From contig NC_043012.1 in the NCBI RefSeq assembly GCF_006345805.1, positions 53,692,001 to 53,756,000 of the forward strand: 64,000 nucleotides of DNA, in the 5' to 3' direction. The notes beneath the pieces are model-generated. The model was not told the DNA's origin and made no database searches. It saw only the letters and a program-made list of their open reading frames with translations. Source of the stretch: Octopus sinensis (lineage: Eukaryota). Every line of letters begins with the position of its first letter. Position 1 is the stretch's first letter. A program made the position numbers and the translations under genes. Below, piece by piece: positions 1 through 11,689 of the stretch.

Positions 1-101
1 TCACCTTGGTACGTGTAACTTATATTGTTTCCAATAAATGAAAATCATAGACTATTTACTAATAACTAATTCACATTACTACAAAACACACACACACACA
101 T

Positions 102-197
<96 letters not shown>

Positions 198-232
198 GGT
201 GACAAAGTTGGTGTGTGAAAGCAGGTGGTTGG

Positions 233-462
233 ATATATAGAAAATAGAAAAGAGTGAAAAAACTACAGAAGGCTTGTTTTATAAGGTTAAAGAATATATT
301 TAAGTCGTTATGTAGAAGAATGTTATAAAAGTTTTTATATAGTAACATAGTTTAAACTATGTTACTATATGAAAAATTTTATATTCTTTTAACATAACGA
401 CTTAAATATATTCTTTAAACTTATAAAACAAGCCTTCTGTAGTTTTTTCACTCTTTTCTATT

Positions 463-472
<10 letters not shown>
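233..472. repeat. ~240-bp near-perfect palindrome (fold-back/MITE-like), centre GTTTAAAC at 350-357, next to (TA)n
   Basis: Left arm ATAGAAAATAGAAAAGAGTGAAAAAACTACAGAAGGCTTGTTTTATAAG is reverse-complemented by the right arm CTTATAAAACAAGCCTTCTGTAGTTTTTTCACTCTTTTCTATTTTCTAT. Confidence 0.9.
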
Positions 473-517
<45 letters not shown>

Positions 518-557
518 GCTAACAGTAATATTTCGATGTTTTATTCTCTGTTAACAG

Positions 558-581
558 TAACCAAGCACGCTCCTAGTGGAG
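558..581 (+). CDS. 24-nt micro-exon of ITIH-like gene A (phase 1-1, xTKHAPSG)
   Basis: Pyrimidine tract + ttaacAG acceptor; GAG|gtatgt donor; open frame; paralogous copy at 52511. Confidence 0.6.
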
Positions 582-698
582 GTATGTACCACAATATGTT
601 CATTCTAAATACGTTTTAAATATTCTTCCTTAAGAACTAGTTTTTCCTTTCCATCCGATTTAGTCCTTGGCTTTAAATATATTTTAAGAATTTTTCAG

Positions 699-858
699 AT
701 GCTCATCATCATCATTGTTCGACCGTGGTCGAGACAATGGAATTTACCATGCTACGCCAGACTTCATGGTCCATCATGGCATTACGGAGGTCCTGTTGCT
801 GGATGCCTGTATCCCTGGAGATTACATCAGGGTAGGAGAGTGTGCGCCCTCTGGCATT
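699..858 (+). CDS. Candidate internal exon of ITIH-like gene A (frame unresolved)
   Basis: tttttcAG acceptor and a GC-richer, coding-like block. Both candidate donors (GT after 831, GC after 858) give 3n+1 lengths that do not join the phase-1 neighbours. Confidence 0.3.
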
Positions 859-1205
859 GCGAGTTAAATTACAGCGTTAAACAAAACGTAATGAATCTGT
901 TAGTAAAAGTGAAATTACTTCTATACTGCAATTTAAAGTAAAAAAAAAATTGATCTTTCCGTAAGAAAATTCATATTCGACAACTCATTGTTATAATCAT
1001 TTCTTCTATACGCACCAGGCCTGAAATTTACGCGTAGGGTGATAGTTAATCACGCCAGTAAACAGTTTTTCTCTATAAAATATGGACGTGACGGAATCCC
1101 CAACTTATAGCTTCATATTTCTCCATATATTCACATATCCATCTTTCTATGTTAATGCGATTTAATTTCACAATTTTCTATCTTTGTGTTTTTTCATGTT
1201 TCCAG

Positions 1206-1322
1206 GTTCTTTTGGCGATCCCCATTTCTTTGTGACACTGAAAAACGTGACTTACCCTATATGTTACAAAATGCCTACAAAACCAGGAGAACTAATGACG
1301 TTAATGTATGATCCAGTATTAC
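1206..1322 (+). CDS. ITIH-like gene A exon with GDPHF motif (SFGDPHFFVTLKNVTYPICYKMPTKPGELMTLMYDPVL)
   Basis: tttccAG acceptor, C|gtaagt donor; matches the ITIH C-terminal pattern DPHF..C...PG..L.L..DP. Confidence 0.85.
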
Positions 1323-2022
1323 GTAAGTTAAATTCTCAGCTTTGTTCATACATAATATTTAGGAGTCAACGGTCATCCAACAAAATGTCTGTTAATATGT
1401 ATATATTCTTTTAAAATATATATATATAACTATATATAAAACATGTATAAGCGTTATATATGTTCCATTGTTGGGATTATGGTTTGTCTATCACTTTTCT
1501 ATTCAGTTTAACCCCGTATTTGCTATGAAGGGGCTTTTCTTGAACATCGCTGTATCATGATCCGTCGCTGTTCCTGATTTAGTTTCGTTTTCAGTTGATT
1601 TACAGCTTTTATTGTTTCTTCTTTTACTTCTTACTTATGATGTACTTTGACATCATTTTTGTGTTTGTCAGCTTCGCTAAAAACTGAAAGCAGTTTTTTG
1701 TGTTGTTCGTGCTTTGTGGCTATTTGTATTAGTTTTCTTTGCTCGAGAAGTAGTAAATTCTGTAGTCCTATGGTTGTTATTTTGTAATAGTTTTCTTTTT
1801 GTATAAGAGATCTACCACATTCCATACATTGTATATCTTATCTTTCTATGTCATTATTTTTTCATATTTTCTGACTATTTTGATTATTTCATATACAGTC
1901 CAATTGAGAATATTGTAGCTGTAACTTATAACTGGGACGGCTAGAGTGTTGATACCTATTATCTTGTTTTCTCGCAAGGGGCTCTCTTGTCAGTATTAAT
2001 CTGATCGTCTATAGTTTTATTT

Positions 2023-2447
2023 GTGCGCGATGTGGTAATTTCATATCAAGATAAACTGTGCATGGCCTTGCAGATGGAACCCAGTTAGAATTTTCTTAAG
2101 CTAGAGTAGCCCATCCCAGTCAAAAGGTCCCCGAATAAGGTTTCTTTAAGGAACATGAACAAAACACCCTCGCCTCCAGAGGCGAATTATTCAAACACCA
2201 AATGACTCCTATCAACATATGCCTATGATGCTTTCCCAATACTTCTGCTCGTAATCAGAGATGCACTTATTGTCAGCCACTAAGGGACATGCCCAACTGG
2301 TTAAGGTCAAACAACTGACAAGTAATTTGTGGTATTGATCAGAATATTGGCTGTAGCCCATCTTTATACCAAGACAAAACAATGTACATAATAACACTTC
2401 GGATCAGTTAATATGAAAAGCCATGAAAGCCAGTGACTGGTACTGGA
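2023..2447 (-). mobile_element. Partial copy of the ~560-bp (AAT)n-associated element
   Basis: Aligns by eye to 50164-50719 and to the reverse complement of 16431-16992. Confidence 0.85.
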
Positions 2448-2450
2448 ACA

Positions 2451-2531
2451 GGTCCCTAAATATGAATATTTATAATTTTTCCTCATGAAACGAAGGTTTC
2501 TCTCCAAAAGTATCTGGAGATATTGGTGAAT
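2451..2531 (+). pseudogene. Degenerate duplicate of the 3' end of exon 3020-3379, including its donor site
   Basis: GGTCCCTAAATATG...TCTCTCCAAAAGTATCTGGAGATATTGGTGA versus GGGCCCTAAATATG...TCTCTCCAAAAGTATCTGGAGTTATCGGTGA at 3303-3383. Confidence 0.85.
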
Positions 2532-2550
2532 TTCTATATATTTTTCACTA

Positions 2551-2958
2551 TTACTCTTTTACTCTTTTACTTGTTTCAATCATTTGACTGCGGCCATACT
2601 GGAGCACCGCCTTTAGTCGAGCAAATCGACCCCGGGACTTATTCTTTGTAAATCCAGTACTTATTCTATCGGTCTCTTTTGCCGAATCGCTAAGTGACGG
2701 GGACGTAAACACACATCAGCATCGGTTGTCAAGCAATGCTAGGGGGACAAATACAGACACACAAACACACACACACACATATATATACATATATACGACA
2801 GGCTTTTTTCCGTTTCCGTTTACCAAATCCACTCACAAGGCTTTGGTCGGCCCGAGGCTATAGCAGAAGACACTTGCCCAAGATGCCACGCAATGGGATT
2901 GAACCCAGAACCATGTGGTTGGTTAGCAAGCTACTTACCACACAGCCACTCTTGCGCC
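2551..2958 (-). mobile_element. tRNA-derived SINE family 1, full length
   Basis: Head GGCGCAAGAGTGGCTGTGTGG (A box), GGTTCAATCCC (B box), internal (TG)n, tail GGCGGTGCTCCAGTATGGCCGCAGTCAAATGATTGAAACAAGTAAAAGAG. Confidence 0.9.
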
Positions 2959-3019
2959 TATTGTTAATATTATTATTATTATTGTTGATATAAATATTTT
3001 ATCTTTTTTCTCTCAACAG

Positions 3020-3379
3020 AAATCAATGTGACGGCGAAAATTATAGAAGGTACAGGAAGTTATAAGCCCGGTCGTCCAAACAGAACATACATCGGTAAAG
3101 TTTATATTAAAACTGCCAATATAGAAATAATGATAGCAACACACCAAATAGTATTCAACGGTAAACGCCTGATTTGGAAACATGAAACAGATATCGCCTT
3201 TGCTGGAGCATCCTGCGAAGTGAATGGAAAAGGGAGGTTTGTGGAAATAACAATTAATCCTGGTTTAACGTTTCTTATCAGACGGGACTTATACGCACCT
3301 ATGGGCCCTAAATATGGTTATTTAGATTTCTTCCTCATGAACGACGATGGATTCTCTCCAAAAGTATCTGGAGTTATCG
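3020..3379 (+). CDS. ITIH-like gene A exon, C-terminal domain (QINVTAKIIEG...YLDFFLMNDDGFSPKVSGVIG)
   Basis: ctcaacAG acceptor, G|gtgagt donor, 360 nt, phase 1-1; resembles the ITIH 'LGFY..D...FS..VHGLLGQF' segment. Confidence 0.88.
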
Positions 3380-3453
3380 GTGAGTTGCTTCGTATTCTTC
3401 TTCATGATTATTATTATTGTTGTTGTTGTTGTTGTTGTTATCATCATTATTAT

Positions 3454-3811
3454 TGAGTGAGTGAGAGAACAGTGCATGCCATCACAGTGCCTCTGGGGTA
3501 AAACATACGAAGACCAGTATACCCATCATGACTACCCGTCTGATAAGGGTACACTAGGCACATGCATCACAACCATATGTGAGCGACATGGTGATCTCAT
3601 ATCAAGATAAACAGCGCATGACCTTGCAGGTGGGGCCCAGTTAGAATTTTCTTCTGGTCGAGTAATCCATCCCGCTCAAAAGGTCCCTGAACAAGGGTTG
3701 TTTAAGGATGTTGAACGAAAGACCCATGTTTCCAAAGATGAATTATTCAAACCCCCAAAGAATTCCTCTCAACATATGGCTATCATGCTACCCCAACTAC
3801 TTCTGCTAGTG

Positions 3812-3868
<57 letters not shown>

Positions 3869-3872
3869 GTTG

Positions 3873-3912
<40 letters not shown>

Positions 3913-3920
3913 GCTGTTGG

Positions 3921-3957
<37 letters not shown>

Positions 3958-4550
3958 ATTATTATTATTATCATTATTATTATTATCATTATTATTATCA
4001 TTATTATCATTATTGAGGCGGAGAGCTGTGGATGCCATCAAAGAGACATTGGGGTACAAATATAGAAAGCCTAGTATACCCATCATGACTACACGTCTAA
4101 TAAGGTTACACCAGGTACATACATCACAACCATATGTGGCCGACATAGTGTTCTCATATCAAGAGAAACAACGCATGAGCTTGCAGGTAGGGTCGAGTTA
4201 GTGTTTTCTTCATGAGGAGTATCACATCCCACTCAAAAGGTCCCTGAACAAGGGTAGTTTAAGGATATGGAACGAACCACCGCTCTTTACAAAAGGGAAT
4301 TATTCAAACCCCAAAGAATCCCTCTCAACATATGGCTATGATGCTCCCCAACTACTTCCGTTCGTGATCAGGGACGCACATATCTTCAGCCACTAAGGAA
4401 CATACGCAACTGGTTAAGGGCAAACAACTGACAAGCAAACATGTGATATTCAGCAGAACATTTGTCGTAGCCCAACTATTATACCAGGACAAATCATGTA
4501 CATGATAACAATTTACATCAGCTAAGAGCAGAAGCCCTGACAGCCAGTGC
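3454..4550 (-). mobile_element. Two tandem copies (3454-3812 partial; 4014-4550) of the (AAT)n-associated element, separated by ATT/GTT microsatellite
   Basis: Both begin TGAG(T/G)..GAGAG..GTG.ATGCCATCA and align with the other copies. Confidence 0.85.
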
Positions 4551-4598
4551 ATAGTTTGCGTTATCCTTATCATTATTACATGTCTGTGTGTCTGTGTG

Positions 4599-4634
<36 letters not shown>

Positions 4635-4682
4635 GTTCTCTCTCTCTCCTCTCTCTCATATATATCATATATATCTATTATC

Positions 4683-4733
<51 letters not shown>

Positions 4734-4735
4734 CA

Positions 4736-4873
4736 GGCGCAGGAGTGGTTGTGTGGTAAGTAGCTTGCTAACCAACAACATGGTTTCGGGTTCAGTCCCA
4801 CTGCGTGGCATCTGGGGCAAATGTTTTCTGCTATAGCCTCGGGCCGACCAAAGCCTTGTGAGTGGACTTGGAA

Positions 4874-4926
<53 letters not shown>

Positions 4927-5141
4927 ATATGTTTGTGTGTCTGTGTTTGTCTCTCTAGCATTGCTTGACAACCGATGCTGGTGTGTTTACGTCCCCGTAA
5001 CTTAGCGGTTCGGCAAAATTGACCGATACAAAAAGTACTGGGCTTACAAAGAATAAGTTCCGAGGTCGATTTGCTAGACTAAAGGCGGTGCTCCAGCATG
5101 GCCGAAGTCAAATGACTGAAACAAGTAAAAGAGTAAGAGTA
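4736..5141 (+). mobile_element. tRNA-derived SINE family 1, uninterrupted at the Tx1 target site (TAGCTTGCTAAC at 4761)
   Basis: A/B boxes, internal microsatellite, conserved tail. Confidence 0.9.
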
Positions 5142-5155
5142 AATGAGTATATAAG

Positions 5156-5199
<44 letters not shown>

Positions 5200-5201
<2 letters not shown>

Positions 5202-5605
5202 TGAGCAAACCGCCCCCCGTCCAATGAACGGTGCTGAGTTGTCAAATATTTCAACCAAATTTTTTCTAAACAACTTGTCCGACCGTCCCATAGGCCTCTC
5301 CTTTGAGAAACACCGATTTAACCAAAATTTGAGACACCAGCAAAGAAGAAATAAAGATAGTCTTTTCTTTTTCTATTTCAAAGAATGCTTTTTTTCTATT
5401 CCAAGAAAAGCGATTTTACAAATGCACGTTCCCACGGCTTTATCGATCGCATTCTCACCTGCAATCGATTTTTGTAATTTTTTCAAGACTTGTACACGCC
5501 CTGATACTATCAGTATCTACATATCAAATTTGAGCGCAATCGGATGGAGGATGCCCGATTTCCTAGAAGACACACAGACAGACAGACCGCACGGATTTTA
5601 TATAT
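5200..5605 (+). mobile_element. Non-autonomous repeat, Helitron/HINE-like; related copy at ~56140-56245
   Basis: Shared block AAGAATGCTTT..ATCGATCGCATTCTCACCTG.AATCGAT...CAAGACTT.TAC.CGCCCTGATA...ATCAAATTTGA; ends in CAGACAGACAGAC + TTTTATATA. Confidence 0.5.
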
Positions 5606-5689
5606 ATGTATATATATATATTATATATATATATATATATATGTGTGTGGTGTGTGTGTGTTGTGGGTGTGTGTATGTGTGTGTGTGTG

Positions 5690-5724
<35 letters not shown>

Positions 5725-5736
5725 AGTGTGTATATT

Positions 5737-6432
5737 GAAAGGGCTAAAAAACCACTAAGTGGTCAGCCGTATGCTAGAAGTAGATCACCAACGATCAAAT
5801 TACAAAGAAAAGAATGTCCTCTAGAGAAAAATTCAGCGGACACCAGAACAATATGCGGGCAAGACAGATGAAAATTATATATAAAAAAACATGAATTACT
5901 CGCAGACCGGCGATTTCCCCTGTTAACTAATGAATCACTTACGTAATCCCTCGTCCGTAGGCTCGTCAGTGCGATCGTTCCACAGGTAATATAATTTGCA
6001 AAACCAACCACCAGCTTTCCGTATAAAAACACACACGTACTTAGTTTCAGCGATTATATTGGGGTTAATTTCAAATATCTGAGTTCTGCCGCGCTAAAAT
6101 TCCGGAAACAAAATCTGCAGTAAATAATTTACTGCAGTTAATGCTGGCTATTAGAGAACATATTTATTTTAATTTTTAAATAATGAGGGAGATAAATTGA
6201 ATATTAATTTAATTAATATCAATTTAAAACCGGTAACCTAGCATACAAAATCTGAAAAATCAGAGAGAATGTTAATACATGTGTATATTTAAAGAGCTAA
6301 AAAAAACACTAAGTGGTCAGCTATATGCTAGAAGTAGAACACCAACGATCAAACTACAAAGAAAAGAATGTTCTCTAGAGAAAAATTCAGCGGACACCAG
6401 AACAATATGCGAGCAAGACAGATGAAAATTAT
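5737..6432. repeat. Two ~145-bp direct repeats (5737-5882, 6290-6432) bracketing ~400 bp
   Basis: CACTAAGTGGTCAGC.TATGCTAGAAGTAGA.CACCAACGATCAAA.TACAAAGAAAAGAATG...GCAAGACAGATGAAAATTATATA present twice. Confidence 0.85.
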
Positions 6433-6553
6433 ATAAAAATTATATATATTATATATATATATATAATATACATACATATATAATTTAATAAATAAAATAT
6501 ATGCATACATACACACATATATGTACGTACCTACATATACATGTATATATACA

Positions 6554-6643
<90 letters not shown>

Positions 6644-6646
<3 letters not shown>

Positions 6647-6751
6647 TACAGGACACCACAAATAGACGTAGAACACAACGAGAAACGAAAACATAAAAAC
6701 AAACATGGAAACGGACTTGAGTTCTACGTCTATTCGGGGTGTCCTGTACTC
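6644..6751. mobile_element. ~108-bp MITE-like element with ~30-bp TIRs in a (TA)n tract
   Basis: GAGTACAGGACACCACAAATAGACGTAGAAC ... GTTCTACGTCTATTCGGGGTGTCCTGTACTC. Confidence 0.8.
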
Positions 6752-6784
<33 letters not shown>

Positions 6785-6925
6785 GTGTGTGTGCATGTAT
6801 ATATACATGTAGATGTAGGTACGTACATATATGTATGTATGTATGTATGCATATATTTTATTTATTAAATTATTGTATGACTGAGCGCCCTCGCGTCGTT
6901 TCGTTTCTTTTCTTTTCTCCAAGTA

Positions 6926-6967
<42 letters not shown>

Positions 6968-7031
6968 AGATATAATATATATATATATATAACATATATA
7001 ATTATACATATATACGCCTGTATATATGAAC

Positions 7032-7082
<51 letters not shown>

Positions 7083-8057
7083 ATATTATATACATATACA
7101 TATATATACATGTGTGTGTTGTGAGAGTGCATGTGTGTGCGTGTGCGTATATGTTTACACATATGTACAAATATGTGTATATACACCTTCTAAAGTGAGA
7201 GTAAGATGTACATTATGCGCAAGTGGTAACAAGAAGCCTCTTCGCGGATATCTAGTCCGAGTTCGATAGCACTTTCAATCCTTATGTGCAAATGTGTTTT
7301 AATATAACCCTCAGATAATACTAATCTTTGTAGGCATCCCTCGAAAGATACTGCCTTGGCACATGCTGTATCATTCTGATTGAGCTTTGTCTGCGGATTA
7401 CAGGAAACCTCAATCACTTTTGCGATGAATCTATAAACACATCAGTCAGTTGATAGAATATCTGAACAGTTTTCTTCGCAACCGACACTAATGTGTTTAT
7501 ATATTATATATTTGCTCATTATTAATATAAACTTTTGTGAGCGATTTTGTGTGTGTATGCGTGTGTGTTTATTTTAAATGGTTAACAGATTCGTTAGACG
7601 CACATCAATAAATAGATGGTGACCTCTGACTGTTGCATTCATTTGAGGGTGGTAAGCAATAAGATTAGAAATTAGAATTGAAAATTAAGGAATATGAGAG
7701 ATAGACGATTCTGCACAGAATTCCCACATTTTATTTCTCTTAAATCTTTTAGGAAGTTTCTACGATTCTGACTTGGTGATAATCATGAATGGCACAACTT
7801 TTCTATCTTTTAAGAAGTCTTCTGCATGGTTTAGCCTCTAACTTTTTAATTCGATATATTACAAAGAGAAATATTTAATTAAATTTAAAGAAGAGAATGA
7901 GTGTTGTACATGATACAATTATCACACTCTTTAAGTTTTCTAGTCGAAGATTCAGGTACACGTGGCTGACTATATTCATCTCCATATTATATCTCTGTCT
8001 GTCTACTTGTCGATCATTTAAAGAGGTATCAGTCTGGTCTTACTGAGTTTTCTCCCT

Positions 8058-8099
<42 letters not shown>

Positions 8100-8103
<4 letters not shown>

Positions 8104-8391
8104 TGACCCCCCCCACTACCATCAGGTCACGAATGACCTTGGGATTGCACCTAGAAAGTTACCTTCCGAGGCATAAGTCCGGGCAATGAAGTTTGTGGAA
8201 GACCAGCACTTGCCGATGCATATTTGCCTCCCCTTTCCACGCCTCCGATTTTATCCAAGGGAAAGGCAAAAGCCGATACAGTTTGGCAAATAAAGTCACT
8301 TGCTCAAGAACACAACTCACAGCCGCTCCGGGAATCGAACTCACAACCTCACAAGCGTAAGCTCGACGCTCTAAACATTGATCCATGCGCC
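8100..8391 (-). mobile_element. tRNA-derived SINE family 2 (related copies ~30445-30708 -, ~32660-32885 -, ~38880-39060 -)
   Basis: On minus: GGCGCATGGATCAATGTTTAGAGCG...GAGTTCGATTCCCGG (A/B boxes), then GTGTTCTTGAGCAAG. Confidence 0.75.
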
Positions 8392-9099
8392 TTCACACAC
8401 ACACACACACCACATATATATGTTTTCCTAGTTTGTGGGTAGGCTGTCATCAATGTGCCTGGTCTTCACCTGGAAGTCATAGTCGAGAGAGATAACTTGT
8501 ACCAGGTCCCATTCGGAGCGAGATACATTGTTGTTTCTTCATTATTGTAACATGTCATTACTGCGTACCCGAAAGAGGCCCGACGCAAGCTAAAACATTG
8601 TGCATGACTCTATGTATAATGGTATGAGAACAATCTGGTGTTATTTTCCAGCGTTTCATAACCCTGAAAAAGTTCAGATATGGTTATATTTTGACACACT
8701 TTCGGTCACTGTGCGTTTATTTATTTATTTATTGATATTTTTTTTTTTTTTAATTTTCTGAAGATGCAACATTTCAAAGAATAAAGACTGCACAAGAATA
8801 ATACTAAATACATTTTATTCACCTCTTTCTCACTCTCTCTCTCTTTATCTCTATCTCTATCTCCCTCTTTTTCTCTCTATATATCTATCGCTCTCTCACT
8901 GCCTCTCTCCCTCTTTCAATCTCTCTCTCACTGCCTCTCTCCCTCTTTCAATCTCTCTCTCACTCTCTTCTTTCTACCTTTGTATCTCTATTTCTGTCAG
9001 TAACCATCTTATCTTGTCTTTCGATTCTTTTTCATTTCATTCCTTTCTTTTTGATAAACTACCTGAATATATTAAAATATATTTCTTTTATTATTTCAG

Positions 9100-9296
9100 G
9101 TCGGTTCATTCCAATGAAGGGTCACCTCATGAAGGAACACAAAACTTCAAAAAATAAAACCGAAGCGAAGTTGAAACTTACGGAACCGAGAAAACATTAC
9201 AAGCGATCTGTTCACACAGTCTTGCAACTTAAACCAGGTTTAAAGAATACTCTGATTCCATGCTGGAAGATTGACATTGATAAGCTTGGTTTTTAA
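9100..9296 (+). CDS. Terminal coding exon of ITIH-like gene A (GRFIPMKG...LIPCWKIDIDKLGF*)
   Basis: ttatttcAG acceptor in phase 1 continues VIG|RF; CW motif as in ITIH C-termini; TAA at 9294-9296. Confidence 0.85.
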
Positions 9297-9390
9297 ATGA
9301 ATCACATAAATTTACATATATTTTCCTAAGTATTTCATATTTCTAGGGACCAGCAATTGTATACCGATATGTGACTGAAACATTCACCCA

Positions 9391-9494
9391 AATAAATATT
9401 TTTTGCTTAAAGAGTTATATTTTTTGTTTACATATATTATGATCATTGTGCATTTTGGAGATCCATGTTTACATTTTGTATAGTTTATAAATAA
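9391..9494 (+). terminator. Candidate polyadenylation signals (AATAAA at 9391 and 9489) of gene A
   Basis: Hexamers 95-195 nt downstream of the stop codon. Confidence 0.45.
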
Positions 9495-11689
9495 AATAAC
9501 TCATTCCCAGGTTTTGAATATATTCTTGCCTACTCTAGGCACAAGGCCCGAAATTTTTGGGAAGAGACCAGTTGATTATATCGACCCCAGTATGCAATTG
9601 GTACTTAAATTATCGACCCCAAAAGAATGAAAGACAAAGTCGACCTCGGCGGAGTTTGAACTCAGAAAATAAAGACAGACGAAATGGTTCTGAATATAAT
9701 TCAACATTTCACTGAAACCTGTTGTTTCAATTGTTCATTATATGTAAAAGGTGACGGATTAACAAAACTAGTGGGGCTTTGGATAGACTCTACGCTCCAT
9801 TCTTCTAGCAAAGTTATTTTCGGCTGTCGTCTTTCCTCCGTCAATAAAATACGAAAGAATCAAGTACTGATCGCTTAAATTGAATTCTCTGTCCTCTAAA
9901 GTTGTATTAATAACTGCTACTAAACACTATTTTATATTAACAAGCGGTTATCTCGTTTCCTTTCAATGCCTGCGTGTATTTAGTAGTTTTCTTCATGTGT
10001 AGTACTCATGACTCGGAAACAGGAATATATTAATATATTAATATATTAATATAATAATGTTGAAAATGTCTGTCAATATATAACCAGAATATCCAACATT
10101 AAGCAGTCCTCTTGTTATTACAGGGATGTTTCTGTAACAAAGACACATAGGTACCAAGTTCCATATCTACTTAAATGGGAATAAGTTTCATTAAGAGGCA
10201 CAACTCTGTTCCGAAGCAGAAGAAATAATGGAAAATTGACGACTGAAAAACAGAAAAATAGAGTAATTCTTGTTATATCGACATTAGTAACCTGATAGTA
10301 ACTTATTTTATCGGCCTCGAAAGGATGAAAGATAAATTTAACTACGTTGGGATTTAATTATCTATACTTCTTATGAATTCTTGCATGAGGGTACGAAAGA
10401 AACTAGCCCGAACAAGCTCATCTTTGAGATCGATAACTTTTGACTTCTAATATACTGACACTTATAGGCGCAGCAGAAATAGCCTCGTAGAGGTATGCAG
10501 GTAAAGTTTGTAGAAGAATACGCGCTTCTTAAATATTCTCTTAGAATAGAGTTCATGAAAGGAAATCAAAGAATTCATCTGTAAGATAGACCTTTAATCG
10601 AGTAACTATGGATATTATTACTTAGTCATGGATAGAGAAACTGCGTCTATGACCCTTCTTTTACTGTCTTCAAGACTTATTGGAGAAAGAGAGGAATTTA
10701 TCTCGTATCAGGGAACTGACCCAGAGCGAATCCTGCTGAATGTAACATTGAACCAAGTAACTGGTGTTGAAGCGACCAACGGCGTTCAAAGATAGACACA
10801 GTAATAAGTATCACAGAAATAGTTTCATACATGGAATGCGGGAAATACTACGGATGAATAGGCATATCATAAACGCTCTTCCAAGAGTGGCCTGAAACAA
10901 ACAAGATTAAGGAACGCAGCTACGAAACTGATATGTTAGTCAATATTGAATTATTGATTTTATAAGATAGGCAAGAAACCTAGCGGTGCTGCAACCTAGG
11001 GGATGAAACATAAAAGAATTTTAAAATACATGAGGAAAAGAATGTAGTCCATAATATCTGTCAACCCTACTACTTCTGTAGTATTTATTTCATCGACGCC
11101 TAGGAACTGAAAAAAGCAAAGCGGACCTTGATTCTATACGAAACCCGAAAGGAAAAGGCAGTGTCGGAATGCGATAGCAAAAATTGAATTTGCTACCTCA
11201 CTAATTCTGCCAATTCCTTACCATTCATGGTGTAATTACAGAGAAAAAGTTTTATCGAGCACTAATTTAGGATACTAGACTGGCAAAATCTTCAATGCAT
11301 CGGACAACATATCTTGCAGTATTTGTTGCTCCTCTTTCCGTTTTAAGTTCCAAACCCACCCAAGTCAAGTTTGCCTTAATTTTTTCTGCAATCTATACAA
11401 TACAGAACGAGTCAGGTACTCGTGTCAATTTGATCCACTGTTTCCTCCCACTATACTGCTTGTCTTTGCCCTATGAAAACAATTGTTATTAAATATAGAT
11501 ATTTTAACTATGTACTCATAACGAATAATACAAAGTAGATGAGGGTCATAGACGAATTGGCAACAATCAATAGTATTTACAATAAAAGATATGATATTTA
11601 AATGAAACCAAAAGAAAGGGGAAAGGAAAGGAGAAAAAGAAAAAGAGAGAATTAATCTACGAAATTCTTACATCCTTTTGATCTCCTCT

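Noticed and set aside
1-14. Possible exon end TCACCTTG|gtacgt at the window edge
   Set aside because: Only 8 nt visible; cannot be supported.
7190-7417. IEVSC motif hinting at an R4-type RLE
   Set aside because: No downstream K..KY or other supporting motifs.
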